From the NCBI GenBank assembly GCA_046351615.1, contig JAXLYF010000011.1:74882-138881 (forward strand): 64,000 nt of DNA, written 5' to 3'. Within the stretch, counting starts at the first letter, position 1; the number at the start of each line of letters is the position of its first letter. This document shows, one piece after another, positions 47,350-56,671 of this stretch. Origin of the DNA: Polyangia bacterium. GTDB lineage: Bacteria; Myxococcota_A; Polyangia; Palsa-1104; JAEUJZ01. Made by a program: the position numbers and the translations under genes. The notes under the pieces are model-generated. The model was not told the DNA's origin. It saw nothing but the letters and a program-made list of their open reading frames with translations, and searched no databases.

Positions 47350-47824
47350 GTATCCTCCCTGCTGGACCCTCAGGAGCGCGCTGTCCGCGACGCAGCTTCT
47401 GCGGGCCCAAGTGTGCTTCATTCATCAACAAAATGAAGAAATGCGATGAATGCTCTGCTGCTGCAATGGCAACTCTGATAGTGAAAGATGGTAGCGACAA
47501 ATCATGATATGTAAATCGGAAATATTTTTAATATGAAAATCGAATGCTTGACTTGTCTGTGTATGGGAAGGTGCCGAAAGGAGCTGGAAATTTTGAGTTC
47601 AGACGGAAAAATTCACGATGTCGGGCACTTGATGACAGCGTGATGTCCTTTGTGTTGATTTGTCTTTGCTTTTTATGTGAATGGATATTGAGCCTGAACT
47701 GTTTCGCTGTGAATGATTGATTTGATTGCGCAATTTTGAGGTTGTTGTTCAAAGCTCAAATAGATCATGTGGTTAGACCAAGACCGATGCTTCGTGTATC
47801 ATCCCTGCGCACAGGACTCCTTTC

Positions 47825-48838
47825 GTGTCGCAGACTTCGACTCCTTCCCACGCTTCTTCCTCGCTTCGCAAAGACTCCGATTCATCGGCTTCTCCTCCCT
47901 CTGATTCCGTCGCAGATCGTGGCACTTCTTCTGCGCGTGAATCGACACCGCCGGGTCGTGACTCTCAGGTTCGGCGTGATCTGCGCAGCTTGCGACTGTC
48001 GGCGATCTTGTATGTGGTGATGTTTGTTGCAAAGCTCGGGGTGTACTTTGCGACGTCGGTGATGGCGCTGCTCGCGGAAGCGATGCACACGCTGAGCGAT
48101 GTGATTGTGGTGGGATTTTTGCTGCTGGGACTGCGCTGGTCTGCCGATGAACCGGACGAAGAACACATGTTCGGACACGAGCGCGGACAGAGTGTGGCGG
48201 CCCTGGTTGCTGCGACGCTGTTTGTGTCCTTTACCAGCCTGCGTCTGTTTGAAGAATCGATTCCGCGTCTATTGGGAATCGGGCACTCCTTTTCGGCTCC
48301 ACAGCGGTTCGAGCTGGCGATCGGGGTGCTGCTGTTTTCGATGCTGATTGCCGCGATTCCGCTGTTCCAGATGCTGATTCACAAGCCAAGCGGAGCGGCT
48401 GCCAAGGCGCAGTTTCTGGAGCTTCTGAACGATGAGCTGTCGCTGATCGCGGCGCTGATCGGAACGGTGCTCACGCACTTGGGTTATCCGCTGGCGGATC
48501 CGGCTGCGACTGCGATTGTCGCGACGGTGATTGCGTGGAACGGAGTCGCTCTGTTTCGTGAAAACTTCGATCTAATTGTCGGTCGATCGCCGGGGCAGAA
48601 AGTGCTGACAGAGATCGCGCAGGTTGCGCTGTCGGTGGATGGCGTGCTGGATGCACACGATGTGCGGGCCGAGCGCTACGGGCACGGAATGATTCGCTGT
48701 GAGCTGCATATCACCGTCGTGCGTGGGACTCCGATTGAGGAAGCGCATCGCATCGATCAGGAAGTCCGCAGACGCATCATCCAGATCGAAGGAATGCGCA
48801 TGTGTCATGTTCACATCGATGCTTCGAAGAGCACGTAG
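47825..48838 (+). CDS. Cation diffusion facilitator (CDF) family metal transporter
   Basis: Six-TM core with HTLSD...D motifs and a C-terminal cytoplasmic domain (HDVRAERYGHGMIRCELHI). GTG start; the N-terminus is Ser-rich and disordered. Confidence 0.75.
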   Translation: MSQTSTPSHASSSLRKDSDSSASPPSDSVADRGTSSARESTPPGRDSQVRRDLRSLRLSAILYVVMFVAKLGVYFATSVMALLAEAMHTLSDVIVVGFLLLGLRWSADEPDEEHMFGHERGQSVAALVAATLFVSFTSLRLFEESIPRLLGIGHSFSAPQRFELAIGVLLFSMLIAAIPLFQMLIHKPSGAAAKAQFLELLNDELSLIAALIGTVLTHLGYPLADPAATAIVATVIAWNGVALFRENFDLIVGRSPGQKVLTEIAQVALSVDGVLDAHDVRAERYGHGMIRCELHITVVRGTPIEEAHRIDQEVRRRIIQIEGMRMCHVHIDASKST

Positions 48839-48890
48839 CGCAGTAGGAATCGCAGTGGGAATCGCAGTAGGAATCGCAGTAGGAATCGCG
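48839..48890. repeat. 12-bp tandem repeat CGCAGTAGGAAT x4 filling the CDF-RR intergenic space
   Basis: Copies start at 48839, 48851 (G variant), 48863 and 48875. The last AGGAA lies 9 nt upstream of the response-regulator ATG and probably serves as its RBS. Confidence 0.85.
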
Positions 48891-48892
48891 TC

Positions 48893-49588
48893 ATGAAGAT
48901 TCTGATCGTTGAAGATGAGGAGAAGATGGCGCGGCTTCTGCGGCGCGGACTGCAAGAGGAAGGACACTCGGTCGATGTCTGTGAAACGGCGGATGCGGCG
49001 GCAGAGCAGGCGCTGCTGATTTCCTACGATGTGATCTTGCTCGACTGGATGCTGCCTGATCAAGACGGGGTGGCGCTCTTGCGATCGTGGCGACAGAAGG
49101 GACTGCGAACGCCGGTGCTGATGCTGACGGCGCGCGGAACGACCGGCGAAAAGGTGACGGGACTGCGAGCGGGGGCCGATGACTACATGGCCAAGCCGTT
49201 TGACTTCGATGAGCTGCTGGCGCGGATTGAAGCGCTTCATCGTCGCGGCGGCGCGCATGATCGGTCGGCGCAGCTTGGCAACCTGACGCTGGATGCCAGG
49301 CGGCGTGTGCTGCAAGGGCCCGACGGAGAAGCGCCGCTTACCGCGCGTGAGTTCGAGCTTCTGTCGGAGCTTTGCGGTCATCGTGGCGAAGTGCTGACGC
49401 GATCGAAGCTGCTGAGCTGCGTGTGGGGAACCGACTTCGAGGGCAGTCCCAACGTCGTCGACGTCTACATCGGTTATCTGCGTGCCAAGATCGAGCAGCT
49501 CCGAGGCGAAGGCGTGTCTCTTCAGACGGTGCGCGGCATCGGCTATCGCATGGTTGTTGATGCGCAGACGGAAGGATCGCGGCGATGA
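48893..49588 (+). CDS. OmpR-family response regulator
   Basis: MKILIVEDEEKMARLL...DVILLDWMLPDQDG receiver domain; winged-helix C-terminus (LTAREFELLSEL...VRGIGYRM). Confidence 0.85.
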   Translation: MKILIVEDEEKMARLLRRGLQEEGHSVDVCETADAAAEQALLISYDVILLDWMLPDQDGVALLRSWRQKGLRTPVLMLTARGTTGEKVTGLRAGADDYMAKPFDFDELLARIEALHRRGGAHDRSAQLGNLTLDARRRVLQGPDGEAPLTAREFELLSELCGHRGEVLTRSKLLSCVWGTDFEGSPNVVDVYIGYLRAKIEQLRGEGVSLQTVRGIGYRMVVDAQTEGSRR

Positions 49589-50991
49589 AGCTGGCGACGC
49601 GAATGTGGCTGCTCGGAGCGGCGGTTCCGGCGCTGGGGATGCTGCTCGGGCTGATCGTCGCGGGCGGCTGGTTTCGGCATCACCTGGAAGCGGCGGTGGA
49701 TCGGGCGCTGCTGGCGCAAGCTGCCGTCGAGAGCGTCAGTCTGTTCGACGGTCCCGAAGGTGGCGTTCACTTGCACATGGCCAGCTCGCCGCTGGTGGAA
49801 AGTGTTCGGCTGTTTGCTCCGACGGGGGATTTGTTTGGTCCCGACGGAAAGCTGGTGATGAGCTATCCGCCGCGTCTGTCAGAAGAGCCTCCGTCGACGG
49901 AAGTGGTGCCGCCGGGCGTGGTCGGTCAGCCGCCTCGGCTGCTGACGCAGCGCGGTGTGGACGGTGCGCGCTTTCGGGTGCTGCTGGTGACGGTGGCGGC
50001 TCCGCGTGGTGGGCTGTATACGCTGCGGCTGTCGGCGTCGCTGGCGCAGCTGGATGGATCGGCGAAGGCGTTTCATCGGACGACGCTGAGCCTGGCGCTG
50101 CTGTTCGGGGTGCTGCTGTTTTTGCTGCAAGCGGTGCAGGCGCAGAAGCTCAAAGCACGGCTGCGACGGCAGCGTGAGCACATTGCGGCGCTGCGAGAAG
50201 GACTGCTCGACCACACGCTCGCGGATGATCCGAGCCGCGACGAGATTGGCGAGCTAAACCAAGTGCTGCGCGAGACAACGGCGAAGCTGCGGGCGGCGCG
50301 GGCCGGGCAAGAGCGGTTTCTGGCCGACGCTGCGCATGAGCTACGGACGCCGCTTGGGCTGATGCGGACGAGCTTGGATCTGGCGCTGCGAAGACCTCGG
50401 CCCGTCGAGGAGCTGCGTACAACGATCGAAGAAGTACGGCAAGAAGTGGTGCGTCTGGGCGCGCTGTGTCAGCGACTGCTCGATCGATCGATGATGGCGC
50501 AGGCGGAGTGGGATCGCAGTCCGGTGCGGCTTCTGCGGCTGGCGGAAGAAGCGGTGCAAGCGGCGCGGGCTGAAGCCGAGACGCGCGGTGTGCTCATCGA
50601 GATTCGCAGCGACGATCCGAGTGCAAGCGTGAGCGGACATGCGCCGGCGCTGCGGCAAGCGCTGGACAACCTGCTCAGTAACGCGCTGCGTTATGCGCCG
50701 CGTGGGAGCACGATCTTCGTCGAGATTGAGCATGCTTCGTCGGCGATTCGGCTGGCGGTTCGTGATGAAGGTCCGGGCGTTCCCGCGTCGCTGCGCGAGC
50801 ACATCTTTTCGCCGTTTCGCTGCGATCGTCCGCTCAGCACGAGCAAGTCCGACGGATATGGGCAAGGACACGGACACGGGCTGGGGCTCAACATCACGCA
50901 AGAGATCGCCACGCGTCATGCGGGACGGCTGTTTATCGATGATCAGCGCCGACCTGGGGCGCGCTTTGTGATCGAGTTTCCGACGGGATAG
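49585..50991 (+). CDS. Sensor histidine kinase
   Basis: Two TM helices. H-box AAHELRTPL, N/G boxes (LLSNALRYAP, VRDEGPGVP, GHGLGL). ATGA overlaps the response-regulator stop. Confidence 0.8.
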   Translation: MKLATRMWLLGAAVPALGMLLGLIVAGGWFRHHLEAAVDRALLAQAAVESVSLFDGPEGGVHLHMASSPLVESVRLFAPTGDLFGPDGKLVMSYPPRLSEEPPSTEVVPPGVVGQPPRLLTQRGVDGARFRVLLVTVAAPRGGLYTLRLSASLAQLDGSAKAFHRTTLSLALLFGVLLFLLQAVQAQKLKARLRRQREHIAALREGLLDHTLADDPSRDEIGELNQVLRETTAKLRAARAGQERFLADAAHELRTPLGLMRTSLDLALRRPRPVEELRTTIEEVRQEVVRLGALCQRLLDRSMMAQAEWDRSPVRLLRLAEEAVQAARAEAETRGVLIEIRSDDPSASVSGHAPALRQALDNLLSNALRYAPRGSTIFVEIEHASSAIRLAVRDEGPGVPASLREHIFSPFRCDRPLSTSKSDGYGQGHGHGLGLNITQEIATRHAGRLFIDDQRRPGARFVIEFPTG

Positions 50992-51059
50992 CGGCAAGTG
51001 TAAGAAGGCTCTTAGAGAGTCCTCATGCAGGCTTTGCGCGTGTTCGGTAGCTGTTCTAC

Positions 51060-52319
51060 ATGCGGTATGCGCGTGCAGTCTGGGGCGTGGCGTTGCTGGT
51101 CGTCTGGCCAGCGACGGTGTTTTGTCATCCGGCGGATCGCTCGATCACCTTTGCGGAGACGCTGTCTCGCTGCAAAGAGGCTCCGTCGGTGCGAGCGGTG
51201 TCAGAGGCGCTGCGGGTCAAGCGCAGCCTCGATGCGAACCTGGGCGCGATGGTTGCGAATCCGCAGCTGACGGTGCAGGCGGGCTATCGCAATGACACGG
51301 GTGGGCAAGGCACCGACGTGCAGGTGTCGATTCAGCAGGGACTGAACCTGGCGGGCTTTGCCAAAGCGCGACGGCGAGCGGCGGAGCTAGAGTCGGCGAC
51401 GCTGCAAGCGGAGTGGCAGGCGGCGCTGCTTCACGAGCAGCTCGGGGCGGTGCGGCTGTGGAGCGAGCTGTGGGGCGCGGAGCAAGCCGAAGAAAACGCG
51501 AGTGAAGAGGTCGAGCTGGCCAAGCAGCTGCTGTTGCGGACGGAGCGACTGTTTGCGGGCGGCGCGGTGACGCAGGTCGATGTGGCGTCGGCGAAGACCT
51601 ATCTGGCGGAAGTGCAGACGCGACACCTGTCGATCGAAGGGGAAGTGGTGGAGCTGGGGCTTTCGCTGTCTCGCTGGCTGGGTCAGTCGGGGGCGCTGCA
51701 CGCGATTGGCAGGCCGCACGAGCCGAAGCTGCCGCTGCTGGATGATTCGCTGGTGAGCGAGGCGCTGCGTCGGCTGGGAGAGCTGCCAGAGCCTTTGCGA
51801 CGACGGCTGGGCGAGCAGAGCGAGCGCGCGAGGGCGGAAGAGGTTGCTGCCGAGCGTGGTACGCAGCTTGCCGTCGGTGCGATGGTACTGCGTGAGCCGA
51901 CAGCACCGTGGGCGGCGTTTGGCACGCTGTCGCTGAGCGTCCCGGTCTTTGATCGCGGTCAGCGAGAAAGAGCGAACCTGATGGCGACGGCGGCGCGGAT
52001 GAAGATCGAGAGTGAATCGGCGCTCAGCGAGGCGCAGGGGGACTTTCGGCAGATGCTCCACGATGTCAGTCACTTTGGCGAGCTGTCGAAGCTGATTACA
52101 GAGACGCTGCTTCCGTCGGCGCAGCGGGAAGTGAGCCTGCGTGAGCGCTTGCTCGTGGCCGGGGACGCAACGGTGCTGGAAGTGCTACAGGCTCGACGGG
52201 CGTACTTGGCGGCGCGGACGCAAGCGGCGCGGGTGCAGGCGAGCCTTCTGTGGAGTCGGCAACGCATGGCGCTGTATCTGACCGCGCTGGGACTGTTTGA
52301 CGGGGAGAACGTGCGATGA
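51060..52319 (+). CDS. Outer membrane efflux protein (TolC/CzcC-like)
   Basis: Signal peptide. Duplicated OEP-like halves with coiled-coil segments. It heads a three-gene operon with translational coupling. Confidence 0.65.
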   Translation: MRYARAVWGVALLVVWPATVFCHPADRSITFAETLSRCKEAPSVRAVSEALRVKRSLDANLGAMVANPQLTVQAGYRNDTGGQGTDVQVSIQQGLNLAGFAKARRRAAELESATLQAEWQAALLHEQLGAVRLWSELWGAEQAEENASEEVELAKQLLLRTERLFAGGAVTQVDVASAKTYLAEVQTRHLSIEGEVVELGLSLSRWLGQSGALHAIGRPHEPKLPLLDDSLVSEALRRLGELPEPLRRRLGEQSERARAEEVAAERGTQLAVGAMVLREPTAPWAAFGTLSLSVPVFDRGQRERANLMATAARMKIESESALSEAQGDFRQMLHDVSHFGELSKLITETLLPSAQREVSLRERLLVAGDATVLEVLQARRAYLAARTQAARVQASLLWSRQRMALYLTALGLFDGENVR

Positions 52320-53470
52320 GGTGCGAGCGGAGTAAGGGCTTGGCGCTGGGCGTATTGCTGCTGGGACTGACTGGCTGCCCGCGCGGTGAGGTTGCGACGG
52401 AAAGTAACACGGTCGTGTCACTGGATGCGGGGGCCGTGGCGACGAAGACTGACACACAGGTGTCACCAGAAGGAGAGGTTCGCTCGCTGGCGTGGGCTCC
52501 GCTGCTGGTGGGTGACGGTGCGCTGCTGTGGGAAGTGCCCGCGCAGAGCCTGGGTTCGGCGCAGCAGCGGGGCGAGGTGATGCCAGCGTTTCGGGCGCAG
52601 GTTCTGCAAGTGCTGGTCGAGCCAGGACAGACGGTAGCCGTCGGTGAGCCGCTGGTGGTGGTGCGCATGCCCGAGGTGCTGCGTGCAGCGGGCGCGTACG
52701 TCGCGGCGGGCCTGCGCGTGTCGGCGCACAACCAGCGACGTGAACAGCTCGTGTCACTGCGGGGCGAAGGGCTGGCGCGGCTGTCGGACCTGGCGGAAGT
52801 GCAGGCGGCGCTGGCAGAGGCGCAGGCGGCACAGAAGGAAGCGCAGGCGGTGCTGGCGGCGGCGGGTGTGACAACCAGTGAAGCACCGTCGCTGTGCGAG
52901 GGGTCGGGGAAGGTGACGCTGCGCAGTCCGATTGCAGGCGTGGTGACGACGGTGACGGCATCGCTTGGACAGCTGGTCGAGCCGGGCGGGGCGGCGCTGG
53001 TGAAGCTGTCGGGGAAAGGCTCGTCGCGGGTCGAAGCGCGGCTGCCGGATGCGGGGACGCTTCAGCTTCGCTATGAGCTACAGCTGGCCGATGGGCGGGT
53101 GCTGGCGCTGCGGCAGGTGTCGCGGGCTCCGATGCTGGATCCTCGTGATGGGATGGCGCAGACGTGGCTGGTGGCACAAAACGACGAGCCGCTGCTTTCT
53201 GGGCTGAGCGGACGGCTGCGGGTGCGGCTGGACAAGTCTCCGACGGAAGATCGACTGTGGCTTGTGCCAGCGCGGGCGCTGCGGCTGGGCGACGGACAAG
53301 TGACGGTGCTTCGTCAGCGGAGCGGACAGCTGCGGACGGTGCGGGTGAAAGTCGCGGCGAGCGCGGGCGGCAAAGCGCTGCTGTCAGCGACGGATGCAAG
53401 CGAGCTTTCACTGGGGGATCGGGTTGCGCTGGACCCGAGCTTGACGGAATCGACAGGAGAGAAGCCATGA
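52316..53470 (+). CDS. Efflux RND periplasmic adaptor (membrane fusion protein, CzcB/CusB-like)
   Basis: N-terminal lipobox LLGLTGC. The architecture is coiled-coil hairpin plus beta-barrel. ATGA overlaps at both ends. Confidence 0.7.
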   Translation: MRCERSKGLALGVLLLGLTGCPRGEVATESNTVVSLDAGAVATKTDTQVSPEGEVRSLAWAPLLVGDGALLWEVPAQSLGSAQQRGEVMPAFRAQVLQVLVEPGQTVAVGEPLVVVRMPEVLRAAGAYVAAGLRVSAHNQRREQLVSLRGEGLARLSDLAEVQAALAEAQAAQKEAQAVLAAAGVTTSEAPSLCEGSGKVTLRSPIAGVVTTVTASLGQLVEPGGAALVKLSGKGSSRVEARLPDAGTLQLRYELQLADGRVLALRQVSRAPMLDPRDGMAQTWLVAQNDEPLLSGLSGRLRVRLDKSPTEDRLWLVPARALRLGDGQVTVLRQRSGQLRTVRVKVAASAGGKALLSATDASELSLGDRVALDPSLTESTGEKP

Positions 53471-56400
53471 GCGAGTCGTGGATCGCTCGGCTGGTTCGGG
53501 GATCGGTAACGCATCGCGTCATGGTGCTGCTGGTGTCGCTTTTGCTGGTGGTTGGTTCGTCGCTGATGGCGATGCGGCTGAAGCTGGATGCGCTGCCGGA
53601 TGTGACGAACAACCAAGTGCTGGTGCTGACGGGCGCGCCGGGTCTGTCGCCGGAAGAAGTCGAGCGGCTGGTGACGCGACCGATTGAGACGGCGCTTGGG
53701 GGCATGCCTCGGCTTGTGGAGCTGCGGAGCATCTCGCGCTATGGCATCTCGGCGGTGACGGCGGTGTTCGAGGACGACTCGCCGCCGCACCTGGCGCGGC
53801 AGATCACGGCGGAGCGACTGGCGACGGTGGTGCTGCCGCCGGAAGTGGAGACGCCAGCGCTCGGGCCGCTGACGGGCGGACTTGGCGAGGTGTTTCATTT
53901 TTCGATCACGTCGTCGCAGCGCACGCTGTCGGAGCTGCTCGAGCTGTCGACGCTGCGGATCTCGCCTCGGCTGCGGATGGTTCCGGGCATCGTCGAGGTA
54001 AACACCTGGGGCGGCAGTGAACGTCGGCTGGAAGTGCGGGCTGATCCGCTGAAGCTGGCGTCGCGCAAGCTGTCGCTTCAGCAGCTTGCGCAAGGTCTGG
54101 CGGACAGCATCGGTGCGACGGCTGGCGCGAGTGTTCCGTCGGGAAGTGGGCAAGCGCTGCTGCGTGCGGTGTTTCGTCCGCATCGTCCCGAGGAGCTTTC
54201 GGCGCTGCTTCTGCCGAGTGTGACGAATGGGACGGAGCACGCAAGCGACGGTGTCCCGCACAGGTTGGTCGTCGGAGACTTGGCGCAGGTGACGGAAGGG
54301 GAAGCGCCGCGACTCGGGGCAGCGACGCAGGACGGTCACGGGGAAGTGGTCTATCTGATGGCGCAGATGCTGCGGGGCGAAAATGCGCTAGAAGTGCTGC
54401 GCGGCATTCACGAGCGGATGAGTGAGCTGGAAAAGACGCTGCCGCCCGACGTGAAGGTGCAGGTGATCTACGACCGCAGTGTGCTGGTGCATGCGACGCT
54501 GCGGACGGTGGGAAAGAACCTGCTCGAAGGAGGGCTGCTGGTGGCGACGGTGCTGCTGCTGATGCTGGGAAGCTGGCGTGCGGGGCTGCTCGTCGCGCTG
54601 GTGATTCCGCTGTCGATGCTGGGCGCGGCGGTGGCGATGGTGCTCGTCGGAGTTCCTGGCAACCTGATGAGCCTGGGCGCGGTAGACTTCGGCTTGCTGG
54701 TCGACGGTGCGGTGGTGATGGTCGAGCACCTGTTTCATCATCCCGGACAGGCTTCGTCAGACGGAACGGCGGGATCTTTGTCCTCGATTTCTCGGCGAGC
54801 AAGTGAGGTGGCAAAGCCGGTGCTGTTTTCGGTGCTGATCATCTTGCTGGTCTATCTGCCGGTGCTGCTGCTCGACGGAGTGGAAGGCAAGATGTTTCGC
54901 CCGATGGCGGTGACGGTGGTGTGCGCGCTGTTTACGGCGCTGATCTTGTCGCTGCTGTTTATTCCGGCGGGCGCGGCGCTGCTGCTTCGGCCCAAGGATC
55001 TGGAAGAAGTTCGTCCGCCGCTGCTCGTGCGGGTGATGGAGCGGCTGTATCGGCCCGTGCTCGATGTCGCACTGCGTCATTCGCTGCTGGTGGGCGTGCT
55101 GGCGACGGTGCTGCTCGGTGCTGGGGTGACGGCGCTGTGGAAAAGTGGCAGTGAGTTTTTGCCGCAGCTCGACGAGGGCGACTTGGTGATTCAGACGACA
55201 CGCAGTGCCGATATCTCGCTGGAGCAGGCGGTCAAGCAAGCCGGTCGCGTCGAGCAGGTGCTGCGGCAGCTTCCCGAGGTTCGTCAGGTGGTGTCGCGCG
55301 TCGGAAGTCCGGCGGTGGCGACCGACATCATGGGCCTGGAGCAAGCGGATGTCTTCGTCGGTCTGCGTCCGCGCAGCGAGTGGCGAAGTGGGCTTTCGCG
55401 CGACGGGCTGATTCACGAGATGGAGCGGCTGCTCGACGAAAAAGCGCCTGGTGGTGAGCCGTCGTTTACGCAGCCGATTCAGATGCGCTTTAACGAAATC
55501 CTCGCCGGAGCAGTGACGGACGTGGTGGTGAGCGTCTACGGGGAAGATCTTCATCAGATCGAGCAGCTTGCGCACGCGGTGGCGAAGGCTTGTGCGGCGG
55601 AGCCTGGCGCGGAAGATGTGCGGGTGCTGGCGCCTCCGGCGGTGCCGCTGGTGGAAGTGCGTCCTCGTCCGATCGAGGCGGCGCAGGCGGGACTGACGCC
55701 CAAAGACATTCTGTCGGCGGTGCAGGCGGTGCGCAGTGGTCTTGTCGTCGGGACAAGCTACGACGGGCCGGTGCGTCTGCCGGTGGTGCTGCGGCTGGGT
55801 GAGTCGGTGCCCGACGCGGTGGGTCTGTCGGCGCTGCCGCTGCCTTTGGCCGACGGAACGAGCGTGCCGCTTGGACGGGTGAGCGACATTTCGTTTACGC
55901 CAACGCCGACGCTGATTCAGAGGCACAACGGTCAGCGACGGCTGATGGTGGGCTTTAACGTGCGGGGTGTGGACCTGGGCTCGCTGCTGCATCGGGCGGA
56001 AGCGCGGGTGATAAAGCAGGTGAAGCTGCCACCGGGCTATCGACTGACGTGGGGCGGTCAGTATGAGACGTTCGAGGCAGCGCGAGCGCGGCTGGGCGTG
56101 CTGATTCCGGCGGTGCTGCTGATCATCATCGTGGCGCTGTGGCGACTGTTTGGCAGCCTGCGCAAGGCGCTGATCCTGTTTTTGGCGGTGCCGTTTGCGG
56201 GAACGGGCGGGATGATCCTGTTGTGGGCGCGCGGGATGCCGGTGTCGATCTCGGCGGCGATTGGCTTTATCGCGCTGTCGGGAATTGCGGTGCTAAACGG
56301 CGTGGTGCTGATGGTGCGGCTGCTCGATCTGGAACGACAAGGTCTGACGCCACGGCAAGCAGCGGCAGAGGCAGCAAAGACGCGGATGCGGCCCGTGATG

Positions 56401-56607
56401 GTGACGGCGCTCGTTGCGGCGCTGGGCTTTGTGCCGATGGCGATGGCGCAGGGTGTGGGCGCAGAAGTACAAAGGCCGCTGGCGACGGTGGTGGTCGGGG
56501 GTCTGTGTACGTCGACGGCGCTGACACTGCTCATCTTGCCGAGCCTGTATCCCAGTCTGTCGGCGCTGATGGATGCGCTGTCTCGCAAGCGGAAGCCGGT
56601 CGGGTAA
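53467..56607 (+). CDS. Heavy-metal efflux RND transporter (CzcA/CusA family)
   Basis: The start is taken at ATG 53467 (MSESWIARLVRGSVTHRVMVLLVSLLL). It is about 1046 aa with 12 TM helices and two large periplasmic loops, typical of HME-RND. The upstream extension in the ORF track (from 53164) overlaps the MFP and is rejected. Confidence 0.85.
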   Translation: MSESWIARLVRGSVTHRVMVLLVSLLLVVGSSLMAMRLKLDALPDVTNNQVLVLTGAPGLSPEEVERLVTRPIETALGGMPRLVELRSISRYGISAVTAVFEDDSPPHLARQITAERLATVVLPPEVETPALGPLTGGLGEVFHFSITSSQRTLSELLELSTLRISPRLRMVPGIVEVNTWGGSERRLEVRADPLKLASRKLSLQQLAQGLADSIGATAGASVPSGSGQALLRAVFRPHRPEELSALLLPSVTNGTEHASDGVPHRLVVGDLAQVTEGEAPRLGAATQDGHGEVVYLMAQMLRGENALEVLRGIHERMSELEKTLPPDVKVQVIYDRSVLVHATLRTVGKNLLEGGLLVATVLLLMLGSWRAGLLVALVIPLSMLGAAVAMVLVGVPGNLMSLGAVDFGLLVDGAVVMVEHLFHHPGQASSDGTAGSLSSISRRASEVAKPVLFSVLIILLVYLPVLLLDGVEGKMFRPMAVTVVCALFTALILSLLFIPAGAALLLRPKDLEEVRPPLLVRVMERLYRPVLDVALRHSLLVGVLATVLLGAGVTALWKSGSEFLPQLDEGDLVIQTTRSADISLEQAVKQAGRVEQVLRQLPEVRQVVSRVGSPAVATDIMGLEQADVFVGLRPRSEWRSGLSRDGLIHEMERLLDEKAPGGEPSFTQPIQMRFNEILAGAVTDVVVSVYGEDLHQIEQLAHAVAKACAAEPGAEDVRVLAPPAVPLVEVRPRPIEAAQAGLTPKDILSAVQAVRSGLVVGTSYDGPVRLPVVLRLGESVPDAVGLSALPLPLADGTSVPLGRVSDISFTPTPTLIQRHNGQRRLMVGFNVRGVDLGSLLHRAEARVIKQVKLPPGYRLTWGGQYETFEAARARLGVLIPAVLLIIIVALWRLFGSLRKALILFLAVPFAGTGGMILLWARGMPVSISAAIGFIALSGIAVLNGVVLMVRLLDLERQGLTPRQAAAEAAKTRMRPVMVTALVAALGFVPMAMAQGVGAEVQRPLATVVVGGLCTSTALTLLILPSLYPSLSALMDALSRKRKPVG

Positions 56608-56671
56608 CGATCGCGTGGGACGATCGGTCCGCGTGCGCGTAGAGTGATGAGGGGACACTTGTGAGGCGACG

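Noticed and set aside
47528-47752. 74-aa ORF in the AT-rich island (MNNNLKIAQSNQ...)
   Set aside because: Its composition merely reflects AT-rich DNA. There is no RBS and it overlaps the probable promoter region; an sRNA remains possible but a protein is unlikely.
53164-53466. Upstream extension of the RND pump ORF (ORF track start 53164)
   Set aside because: It overlaps the MFP coding region in another frame. The ATG at 53467 gives a typical RND N-terminus (MSESWIARLV...) and an ATGA coupling with the MFP stop.
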